A stretch of 64,000 bases of DNA from Lingula anatina. Lineage: Eukaryota > Animalia > Brachiopoda. The number at the start of each line of letters is the position of its first letter. The stretch's first letter is position 1. The notes under the pieces were generated by a model that searched no databases, was not told where the DNA came from, and was given only the letters and a program-made list of their open reading frames with translations. The stretch spans positions 4,030,001-4,094,000 of the forward strand of contig CM120640.1 in NCBI GenBank assembly GCA_051362555.1, given 5' to 3'. The position numbers and the translations under genes are program-made. Of the stretch, positions 53,401 to 64,000 are shown piece by piece.

Positions 53401-56400
53401 AATACTTTTTTTTTTTTGATAAAGAATTTTAATAACTCAGGGGTAGTCTTTAAATGCATGCTATTCCATGGATCAAAATATTGTTTAAGAATTTTAGCAT
53501 GGGGGGTTTGTCAATTTTTTCCAGGTGTGAGTAAATAGGTTTTTTGTAAAATTTCAGATAATTCTGCCAATCCCCACCGAGCAACTGTGGTTATTGATGA
53601 CATAGAATATGGCTCAGGACTGGCCAAAAGCAAAAAACAGGCAAAACTTAATGCAGGTAAATTTTTTTTTTTGTTTTGTGACAGTTAGCAACATTGTCTT
53701 TATACATGGAAGTAGTTTTTATGTGACTGAGACAATATGGATTTCATTAATACTTGGATTTTCTACATCCTATAGATTTTTCTTTACCAGATGTATAAAA
53801 CTACACATTGTTATCATTCTGTGCATTTGATGTGAACACACCTCTTTTCAATTTTCATGCCATTGAATATGCTTATGGTTTGTCTTACAGCCAAAGAAAC
53901 ATTAAATGTTTTGATACCAGAGATGAAGAAATTTACAGAGGAGAAGGAATCTACTTCAGAATCACTGCTTTCAGATGTTTCAGTGAGTAAACCAGAGATA
54001 TGTTTTTTGCTTGTACATTTATATATGGCATAGACATATATGTTTAACTCTGATATTGGAACTTACATAAGCAACTGACCTGGGTGGAGTGTTGAGATCC
54101 TGTATTTTTCAGTGAACTTTATATTAAAAGGTTGGTGTGTGATATACTTTGTTTCAGTTTTATGATGAAATTCGCATCGAAGATCCCAGGGTATATGAAC
54201 TAAGTCAGAAAACCGGCCACCCCTCTCCCTATGAAATACTACTAGTCTGTCTCAATAGGTAAACAGCCTTTTCTTTTTAAATACTTAAATCTTTTACTTG
54301 CTGTGCTGTCAAACAGGTCTGTAAGCTGTATATCTAATCTTCTTCATCTTCTTACTTTTTTGAAAATGAACTATTTCCATCACCAGTTTCATGACCTATG
54401 TTTGTAATAGAATAGTGTCAGCCAACATTAATGATCGATTGTGAAAGTATTCCTGTGTTCTATTACTGCCATTTCTTATTTTGTGTAGGAACCAAGGTAT
54501 GGGTGATACTAAAGTAAAAATGACCATGAATACTCTGAAACACCAGAAAGTAGAGTTTACCATGACAGTTGGAAAGCACACTGCAACAGTGAGTATGATG
54601 TGTAGTCCAAATACTTTCAGATATAGTCATCATGTGATAATGTCTCATCACGAAGCATATAGTTCAGCATTAAACAGATGTTGTGTTGGGCATAAGTTGG
54701 TGAAGATATTAAGAGCAGTGTGTCATGTATGCAGGTGCCATGCAAGAACAAACGTGAAGGGAAGCAACTAGCTGCCCAGTCCATTCTCAAGCTGTTCCAC
54801 CCCTATGTCTACAACTGGGGCTCCATCCTGCGCCTGTACTCTGTCAGCGATAAACAAGTGATGGAAGAGAAAAAGGTAAGCTGACATCAATGAATAAGAA
54901 ACCCCAAATGAATTTGAATTATTTAAGTGCTAAATATGGGCTCATAGGGCTATATTGCAACAGATTTGCTTACAAAGCTAAATAATTCCATGTGAAAAAT
55001 TTTCCTCTGCATTAAGATAGTAGTGAAAAATGACACTCTTGGAATGGTCAGGCTGCTTTACCTCTTCAGTTCAAGCTTTTAGTTGCGTCTTGTTTACACT
55101 GACCGCTGATTAACCTCTGTTTATGATAAACATAAAATATCTGTGGGCGTGGCAGCTACATCATTATTCCTTCATGGGAAATGAGATAGAGAAGACAGTA
55201 TATCAGGAAGGCCCAACAAAAGGTCAGTGTCTCAGTTGATTGGATTTAAAAGCAACCCATTGTCCAAGCATGCCACAACATTTATAACTATGGTTTTGTG
55301 TGTTTAATGATTTATAATTATTGTTTGGTATGTTTAACTCTAACCCATCATTAACTAATTTTTTATGCATTATGTTATTTACATGTTTATTTCCATATTG
55401 AAATATGAACATACTTTGACAGGCTTAATAAGCAGGTGTTGTAGCTTGGTTAAAATTGTACAAGTTTTATCAAGAAAGTTTTATATATCCTGTATATATT
55501 CATATAAAAACCTTCTGTAATTTGGACATATGGTTCACTTAAATTTCTTAATTGATTCTTTTTGATAGGAAGATGATGAGATTGAGGAGACCTTTGGTTT
55601 CATAGGTCCACAATTACTAATACATGCTGCCAGTCAAACAGAAGTTATTGGAAACGTCACATTCCACAAGGCCACCCAGTTCCCAGATGTTGTGTATGAC
55701 CCAGAAAACAGATTACAGAAATCCAATTCTCTTCTCAGAACCAATCCTAATAATGGCTGCCAGAAATGCCAAGACAAACCACTTGGGAAGTCTGAGCCAG
55801 CTATACATAAGGCTACACAATTTCCAGAGTGTACCTACAGTAGTATGGATGACAACTGGGAAAGTTCAAGACCTCCAAGAAGTCAGAGCAACACCAAAAG
55901 CAGCAGTCCAGTAATACAGCACAATCCATTACCCTTCAAGTTGAACCCAGCAGGGTATGCCATGAATCCATATGCCTCTCACATGTTTCGATACCCAGTA
56001 AGTGTAGGGATGACCAGATATCCCAGCAGACTGCCCTGTATGCTGGCCACCACTCCTAGTTCCCAGGGGTATGCTCCCTACCAGCCACGCCCTAGTCCAG
56101 ACATACAGGTTCAACAAAAGGAAAAAGACATTCAAGTAATGGGAGCAGGAAAGCCTAATGTGGTCGAAGCCAGCTGTTATGCCAGAGAAGTGACCAGCCC
56201 AGAGAGCTCTCAGGCTGTCCCTTACCAACAACAGACCTGGTCTGGGAGTGGTCAAGATGCCCATCTGCATTATCCCTGGCCCCACGGCACCAGCAGTATC
56301 CCCATCACGCCCAGCACTGTGGGGTTAACAGTACCCTACACTGCCCAGCCATTGTCTGCAGCTGCTGTGACTGCAGCACCCAGTGAAAACCTCTACCACT

Positions 56401-57978
56401 TACCAGCAGATGCTGCCTCATTCTCTCAATATCAGTTAGCTGCACCAAGGTCACAGAATGTCACCAGTGGGAGTAGACATTCTAGGCAAAAGTAGAAGCC
56501 TTTATGTTGACATTCACATGTTAAGTTCAGTAATCTGCAAGGAAATGCAGATTGCATTTTATTTGAACTTTTTTGTGTTTTTTTATTCCCCTAAGAGCAT
56601 AGGGTCTCATGTTAGTTGTTGAAGGTGAAATATTATTAAGGTTTTGCAATTGTTTAAAGGGATGTTGGAAGTGATGCATGCCATTTTTGTCATTCAATCT
56701 ACTTCTAATTGCATGACCAAAGTGATTTTATTGTTGATCAAATGCGTGATGTTAATTGCAAGTTTGTTATCAAATTTTACTCATAAGATGAGTGGAATAT
56801 CATGACTTGTTTGTTTTCTTGATGTTTGACTAATTGATGTTCATTCCAGTTAGATTTATTGAAGTTCCATTGTAATCAAAACCTAATTATTTATTGTTAG
56901 TAGCTCAAGGGGCAAACTTTGTTATGAATTTTTTATTTCACAGAAATGACTCTAATTCTACCTGTGTTTTGTAATTAAAATTGTGAATTAATTATTCAAG
57001 TTATAATATTATGTTTTCAAAAATTTTATCTTGTCTTTTGATTGCGGTCACTGATAATAGCAGAAGCACTGAGAAATATATTTTAAAACCAGGATGGTAA
57101 AATGGGCTCAACTTACTTTATGTTGGGAATAACTGCATCTGGGGATAAGGTGCCGAGTTCTGAAAATTATTAAGTAAATTGATTATTAACTTTCAGCACA
57201 GGGTTGTGCTTAAATTGTAGCATTCTTTAGTCTGTGATCAAATAAATTGTTCAAATTTTGTGTTTTGACTCTTGAATTGTTACTGTAATGTACATGTACA
57301 TAATGTACGTGTATTCCATTGCTAAATTTCACATTTGTATTTCAAGTGTTTTGGACTTTTTAGAAAAATCCTTAGTGCCTGAATTCATTTTCTTTGCAAC
57401 TTGACTATGCTGTTGTAGGAAGGAAAATTTGTCACAGAGGGAATTTTGAACTCCAAACTAATTGACACTTACAAAATATCTGCCTTTTCTGGACCAGGAT
57501 GAAGAAAACATGAGTTTAAAAATGTTTTTTTACATTATGCCACTGTATTGATTATTTTTATAGCAACATGAAGACAGTGTCCTTCAGCTAGCAAGGGATT
57601 TTGAAGAGAACAAGGTGAACAAACCAAATTATGCCATGCTTGAAAAACTGAAGAAAGAAATGGACAAGTTATCCTCACAGCAGGTAAAGTCTGTTCACTC
57701 TTAGAATGATTAAGTGTTAGTCACATTGGGGAAGAATTCATTTAAAGTAAGCATCAGGTTTTTGTGTCATTTTTCTGAAATTAATTTTAAGTAAGTATCA
57801 GGTTTTTGAGTAATTTTTCTGAAGATTTTTAAATAGCAGTCTTGTTTATGGTTGGTTGGCTGTTTTAATTAAAGTTATTTCTTGACAGGATTTGTTCAAG
57901 TCCAAAGGAAAACTTCATTTAGAAGATGGACCCAATCTTCCCTCTTCCTCTGTCATAACAGCTGTGGACTTGGGGTAA
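50414..57978 (+). CDS. DGCR8: Microprocessor subunit DGCR8/Pasha
   Basis: WW/Rhed [19 protein letters not shown]...[22 protein letters not shown] (heme Cys), dsRBD1 [13 protein letters not shown]...[11 protein letters not shown], dsRBD2 ...[17 protein letters not shown]-terminal tail exons 57564-57683 ([15 protein letters not shown]) and 57889-57978 (...AVDLG*). Confidence 0.96.
55569..56495 (+). CDS. Candidate alternative terminal exon of DGCR8 (308 aa, P/S/Q/Y-rich)
   Basis: Acceptor TTTTTGATAG|GAA at 55568/55569 is in phase 0 with the donor at 54875; 927 nt open to TAG; AATAAA at 57241 plus a U/GU-rich tract lie upstream of the canonical exon at 57564. Confidence 0.7.
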   Translation, partial: EDDEIEETFGFIGPQLLIHAASQTEVIGNVTFHKATQFPDVVYDPENRLQKSNSLLRTNPNNGCQKCQDKPLGKSEPAIHKATQFPECTYSSMDDNWESSRPPRSQSNTKSSSPVIQHNPLPFKLNPAGYAMNPYASHMFRYPVSVGMTRYPSRLPCMLATTPSSQGYAPYQPRPSPDIQVQQKEKDIQVMGAGKPNVVEASCYAREVTSPESSQAVPYQQQTWSGSGQDAHLHYPWPHGTSSIPITPSTVGLTVPYTAQPLSAAAVTAAPSENLYHLPADAASFSQYQLAAPRSQNVTSGSRHSRQK

Positions 57979-60256
57979 AATTACGTATCAGGTTTATTTG
58001 ACCAGGGATGTGTTTGGCCAGAGTACATGGTTGACAGCATCATGTGGGTATTGCCAATTGCAAGTTGCCAATGGATAGGTTGTGCTTGCATAGCCAGAGT
58101 TTTTGCTGTTATATTTTTCTTTAAAAATGCTTGTGTTGACATATACAAAAATTAACCATCCTGGAAAATTGAAATTTCTTTTTTCCATTAAATCTACCTG
58201 CCAAGTGGTGATTGTTACTTAGGAACAGGATAAAGTTTTAACTCTCATTCTTAACAATATGGTGGAATGGGATGTGCCTCTGCAAACCAAATGTTTGGTG
58301 CAGACACAAAGAATTTCATTTGCAAACCTTTTAAATAGCAAACATTTGGACTAATTACTGGGCACCCAGTTTTGGCATAAATATGTATCACGGTGTGTAG
58401 TATTTTTTGACTATCTGAAAGTGATCTAGACCAATGTCCTTGCAGATTAGATCTTTGAAGTAATCATAAAAAACTTGGATATATTATGAGATCTGCAAAA
58501 GACAAGAAGTGATAATGAATGCAGCATAAGATCCTGTCCAAATGTTTTCTAGAAGTTTTCATTTAGCTTATTTGTTTGTTTGTCACATATCAAGAACTGA
58601 AACACTATTAATAACCAAAAAATGCATTTGATTTTGAACAATGCAGATTTATCTAATGTTTCATATATAAATTGACCAAGGGAATAATACCAAAGAAACC
58701 AAGTTTCTTTTTTCATCCGACTTTGCCAAATATCTCTTGTACTATCTCTTTACATTGTTGTGGACCAAAAATACAGAAACTACTCATTCTTAAACTTGTG
58801 AAAGATAATGAAATCAAATACTTATTTTGAGATTTTTTGTCATTGTATATGTTTTTATTTATGTGCAGTTGCAATGAATACACAAGTGCAGGCTTCATAG
58901 CTTTCATACAACTGCTGGTAGTTATATATATTCAAGAATAGTGATATATTTAAGGCATAAATTGTGATTATATCATTTTAGCCCAGTACTTTGCCTGCCT
59001 GCCAATGTGCTTTTGATTATTTGTCATATGTATTGTGATAATAACTCTTATATCTGCTATTATAACTAGACATGTAATACAATGTTAAGCTGTAGTGATT
59101 TTTGTTAGAAGTGGCATTTATTGTAACCTTTGTTCCACTTCATAATTTAGTGATCAATTTATTGTCAATTTCAATTTATTCTATCCAGGATTTTCCTGCC
59201 AAATTGAATTTTCCTCAATTTTCTACTCACGAATCATTGTTTGACCAGTCCCTGAAGTTTGATTCAATGTTTTATATCATTTCCAATTTAGTTATAAGTG
59301 ACTGGAAGGTCAATAGACAACCAGGTCTTCCAGTAGATTTTTGAAGGAAACATCAACATCAGGTACTTTGATTCGAGGTGTTCTATTGTTTTTAAGGTAT
59401 GGATTGAAAAGGTTGCAGGACAAGTAGACATCGAAAATATCAGCGCTGATTGAAAACCTCTGAAATTTGCAATATTTGGAGAATAATACACAAGAGCTGT
59501 AAGAATTAGCATAATTGTTGAGATGCTGCTCTAAGTTTAAGATTTTCAAGTCTGTACATGTGACAGAACAGTTTACTTAATATAAAGGGTAGTTAGACAG
59601 TTGATTGTATAAGGTTGTGCTGGGTAGGGCTGTATTCATCTTACTCTATATGTTGGTGGAGGTGTTTGTATTTTTAAAGCTGTAGTGGATGTTAGTGGTG
59701 CTGGAAATAATCTCTAGATCAAATTGTTAGTGAAAATTGTAAACTAATGAAATGCATTTATTGTCTGTACAGGAAATGGCTCTTACAGTTGCTAAGAAAT
59801 TGAACTCAATTTTTTTAATCCACGCTTCCCAAGTTGAAGATCACGTTGGTTCTCAGAACAGAACAAACTGAATGTCAGCTATAAATGACACATCTGTGCG
59901 ACATCTTCCTGTTCAGATGAGGTTTATTTTATTGCACTCATTCATTAGACAATGTATTATGATATTTCAATGTATCTCTTGTATGAAAGCAAACTGTTAG
60001 ACTCCTGCAAGTAGTCTCTAATGTAGTAGCAACATACCTCAAAGAATAATGCTGAAAAAAAGCATTGTCTATTTCATAGATGGCTATAATAAAACAGTGC
60101 ATGTGCTCAAAATTGGGTATGACTTTTTTTAATGATTTATATAGTATAGTGCAGCATGGTTTATTTGAGCATTAAACATCTTCTAAAAGCTTCTTTTTAT
60201 TAGTAAATATCTGCCTCAGAGCACCAAAAATATAAATATTTAATAATCTTTGGAAG

Positions 60257-61689
60257 TTAAGACTCTTCTTTCTGTTTTCCAGTTTGACTAAGATGTTTCA
60301 CTACATCCACCCAGTCATACCCCCTGGGCTTCTCTCCTCTGTTGTCAAGTTTGTCAAACATTCGTCTTTTCTGAGCTTTCGTCAATTGTTCTTTCTTTTC
60401 TTTTTTCTTTGAGCTTTGCTCAGGAGTCTCTTCTTCAGTTTTTATCTCCTTAGCAGCCTGAGGAGGTGCACTTGGCTGGTCTATGAGCAAGTCTTCTGCA
60501 TTTTCCTTGGCACATTCTATGAGGGTGTATGTCATTGCAGTCTCTAGTAGAGGCTCTGCTTCCTCAAGGAGTCTTGCTATTATTTTCTTTTTGACATCCT
60601 CTAACCTGAAAAAGTAAATGAAAGTTAAGACTATGAGTCAAATGCACAGTTTAAGATATTCTCAGGCAAAACAAAATGGCTTTCTCTCTCAAGCATACAG
60701 TTTAATGTATTTATCTGTTTTCCAAACTTGTGCTCTCTGGATGTTTTCTGCATCTTAAAGTTCCATCATATGTCAATAAAAACAGTTTTTGGAGGAGAGG
60801 TTTGTAATTTCACTACTCTGAGAGGATGTTTCATGCTTTGAATTGTACATATATACTTTAAATGAGACAAACAAATCTCACAATGGACACTTCATCAATA
60901 TAATTCTAAATCAGAGGCGTTTACTGCTAAAAAGCAAATGATATCCTATCTGCAGGAACTTATCTAGAATTTTGTTTGTTATTTGTATTAACAGCTGACA
61001 CCTATTTCCTCTTAAATGTATGCCACTATTTTTTGTGAGCACAACTTCAGCAAAATGCCACAGGACAGTCTTGGAAACTAGGATTTTTACTCCACTTACA
61101 AGTGTTTATTATAAAAGGTATCCAGCTTGATATTTGGCAGTTCTTCTGGGTAATTCTCAGGCCAACTGATTTCCAGCAAAAATGATTTGTAACTTCCATC
61201 TTCTCCAATCTATAAGTGCAAATGGATATTTCTGAGTGAAAAAAGAACTGAATGATGGAAATCATGAAAATAATAATAAAATTCCAATAGAAAATAATTT
61301 ATGAAAGAAAATTAAAATCTACAAAAGTCTTCAAATTAGATATCAAAATTCAGCACATGAAAAAGCATGAAATAAGACTGGCACTACATATCAGACCTAT
61401 CACAATAATTATAAACCACAAACCTTGTATTGAAAGGAAGTCTCACTGGCTATTTTAAAACATTCATCGCCATCATAAATAGATGTTAAAACTTCAACTT
61501 CTTCCTGTAAGGCAAAATGACCATTATAAATTAACACCAAATAATTATAGAAATATCTCTATCATGGCCTGACATTTACAGAGTACATAATACTGAGTGT
61601 CAATCTTTGATACATGTACTAGTATTTAAAGCAGAATAATCACTACCTTTGGAACCGAATATTACCTCCTGCAATTCTTTCGCTGTCAT
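60257..61689 (-). CDS. RWDD4: RWD domain-containing protein 4
   Basis: Exons 61689-61666, 61504-61424 (SIYDGDE), 61209-61100 (LLEISWPENYP), 60605-60257 (AMTYTL...KKEQLTKAQKRR...PRGYDWVDVVKHLSQTG). Confidence 0.95.
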
Positions 61690-62099
61690 TTTAAATCAGG
61701 TCCTAGCAGCTAATAGCGAAGAAGTCCTGAAGAGAGAAAATATAAATCACTGATTACCATACAATAACTAGTAGCTGTAGGATTGTCATCTCGCGGTTGT
61801 CTAAGAGAAATATGGTTTTCAGTACACATAATTAACTGGCAGATAATGAGATCTTCCATCTCCTCTTAGCGAATAAGCAATAACAATTGTGATAGGATTA
61901 CTTCTACGTAACAGGGAACAAATGTAAATTACTAAATCCGCCGGACAGAGGATTAACAACCTGGCCTTGTCAAAGCCAGCTACTGTGACTGATGGATTAC
62001 AACAAAGGGATATGTGGTTATTAGTATAAAGCAAATCAGTTGTGATAAAAGCATGCTACAAATTCGATAACACACAGGGTAATTATGGCAATAGGAATA

Positions 62100-62240
62100 A
62101 AACGAATTACGACTTGTACGTTTCGCGTGGATTATCTTCACCTGGGCGCGGCCATCTTGGATTTACCCGGCATTCACCGTGAAAGCCACTTCCTGAATCA
62201 GAAGGCAGAACATCAGGACATGTATTAGGAAAGGTAACGA
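62100..62240. promoter_or_regulatory. Compact bidirectional promoter of RWDD4 and TRAPPC11
   Basis: CpG patch with YY1-type GGCCATCTTG (~62150-62159); a minus-strand donor near 62140 and a plus-strand donor AAG|GTAACG near 62233 are under 100 bp apart. Confidence 0.6.
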
Positions 62241-62609
62241 AAACATTTTATAAGGGGTAGTTCTATTTTTTAACACAGGCAGTCTTCCCTGTTTAACCTT
62301 TTTCCATGGTAGATATTGCGTCTGAATATTTTGTATAACAACATCCTAGAGTTTATATGAAATGTGCAAAAATGTAGAAGGGGTGGGGAGGGGGGGGGGC
62401 GTCCTATTTTAACAGGTCATAATTACCTGTTGTAAGTTGGTTGAAGTGCTGTGCACCCTAGTGTTTTTTCGTGTTTTTACAGTGCTGCACTGTGCCATGC
62501 ATGCATTCATCATGCATTGCCATTTTGCAACTGGTTACTGTTGCCAGTGTTGCTATATAAATGCATAAATATATAATTACAAGTACCAATTCACGTATTT
62601 CTCTTGTAG

Positions 62610-64000
62610 ATGTCTTGGGCAAGTGAGCTTCCTCCAGACCTGCTGTGTAGGCCACTTGGGCTGGTGGTGCTAACAGGGTTGGACAACACCTACAATGCAG
62701 TCCATAAAGCTATCTGGGATGCTTTTTGTAATAACAGAAGGGCTGACAGGGTTCCTCTGCAGTTTAAGGTGCTCAACTTGGACCATGACTACCCCAAGTG
62801 CAGGACTAAGGTAAGTTTTGTTTTCAATTTTTTTTCTATTTTTTGCTTCTTAATTAAAGACAGTAATATTTTAGCAATTTTTTTGTCAAATTTATCCTTG
62901 ATTTGGTGTTTGTTTTTGTAAAGAAAGTTAAGTCGAGAAAAAGCCCAGTAGTTGGTGTCTAAAACATGTTGAATTAAACATTATCACTTTTCATTAATGC
63001 CTTAATAGTTCTTGTTAATGCTTTGCATTTACATGTATTTTATGATTAATTTAGAGAATCGGTGACTATTTTAAATCAGATTTAGACTCAGAATAAGCAA
63101 AATGAAGGCCATATACACCTTGTAGAGAGTGCTAAAAGTGATACGACATGGTATATCTGTAAATTTCCAGAGGACCACATACGAGTGGTATGTTCCCAAG
63201 GGGATCCTGAAGAGTGCCTGGATGAACAAGCACTTAGACCAGGTGCCCTCAGTTGTGGTGGTGTTCTTTGACCTGGACTGGGATGAGCCACTGTGGAAAG
63301 AGAAGCAGATGGAATGTGCTACAAGAATTGAGATTGTCAGGTGATTTGAGGGAGGGATCTTTTAGATATGTGCTACAGTTGATAAGTGACAAAGTTGCTG
63401 TAAAATACATTTATGACATTACTCAATTTGATTTGATTTATATGATTTAAGTGTAAAGGCATAATGACTTTTTAGTTTTATTTTGATTGAATGTTTTAAT
63501 CCAGGTAGTAGATATCAGGGGCAGATCCAGAGATATTTCTGACAGTCTTCCAAATTATCTTTGTTGATCCATCCTCCATTTTTGACCGTCTTCCAACAGA
63601 AAAAATTAGATGCCTGTCAGTGTAACTTAGAATATTCTGGTTGTCTTCCGGAATACCAAGAAGACGGCCTCCTTCTGCTCCTGGATTTCACGAATTATAA
63701 CATTTTTTTCTGCTTCAGGAATAGTCTTGATGGCCGCAGCACCAGAGTATGTGTGGTGCTGATCCAGAAGAACGCTCCACTCCCTCCAGGAGAAGACATG
63801 GTGGCAGCAGAGAGGGCAGCCTCTTTCTGCAGTGCATGTGAGCTGTCTGCCAAGTCCCTGTTTGTTCTCCCTAACACTGACCACCTGCTGGGCTATGTGA
63901 TTAGGCTGGAGAATGCCTTCTATGAACAGGCCCAGAGTTATTATCACACTGAGGCTAGGAGAGTGAAAGCACATAAAGAGTTCCTGAATAAGACTACTCA
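62610..64000 (+). CDS. TRAPPC11: TRAPP complex subunit 11 (foie gras), 5' part
   Basis: Exons 62610-62810 ([23 protein letters not shown]), 63171-63340 ([11 protein letters not shown]...WKEKQMEC), 63719 to window end ([13 protein letters not shown]...RLENAFYE...HKEFLNKTT). Confidence 0.96.
63516..63683. mobile_element. Second copy of the hAT5-like MITE
   Basis: CAGGGGCAGATCCAGAGATATTTCTGACAGTCTTCCAAATTATCTTTGTTGATC matches 9765 onward; flanks GATAT / GATTT. Confidence 0.8.

Noticed and set aside
19874-57978. YPEL-DGCR8 linkage echoing human 22q11 (YPEL1, DGCR8)
   Set aside because: Not adjacent in either genome and YPEL has several vertebrate paralogs; at most ordinary macrosynteny, untestable from this window.

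Overview
Gene-dense, AT-rich, intron-rich animal genomic DNA (invertebrate, probably lophotrochozoan/mollusc-like; the taxon is an inference). In order: (1) the right part of a non-autonomous Helitron/Helentron-like element carrying a 146-bp tandem array (1-1663); (2) two tandem paralogous minus-strand 4-exon genes (1808-4697, 5730-9081) with the architecture degenerate CARD-like / coiled coil / disordered linker / ZU5 / UPA-like / RAIDD-type CARD, apparently nested antisense in one large intron of MYO19; (3) the 3' part of MYO19; (4) a YPEL1/2-type yippee gene with uORFs and a long 3'UTR; (5) DNA2 with a long PIP-box-containing N-terminal extension and a terminal U12 AT-AC intron; (6) HGH1 head-to-head with DGCR8/pasha, which has pri-miRNA-like 5'UTR hairpins and a candidate alternative last exon replacing the Drosha-binding tail with a 308-aa low-complexity domain; (7) RWDD4 head-to-head with TRAPPC11, the same arrangement as in human. 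Several small MITEs sit in introns. All exon structures were read by eye from splice signals and reading frames; no database searches or folding programs were run.
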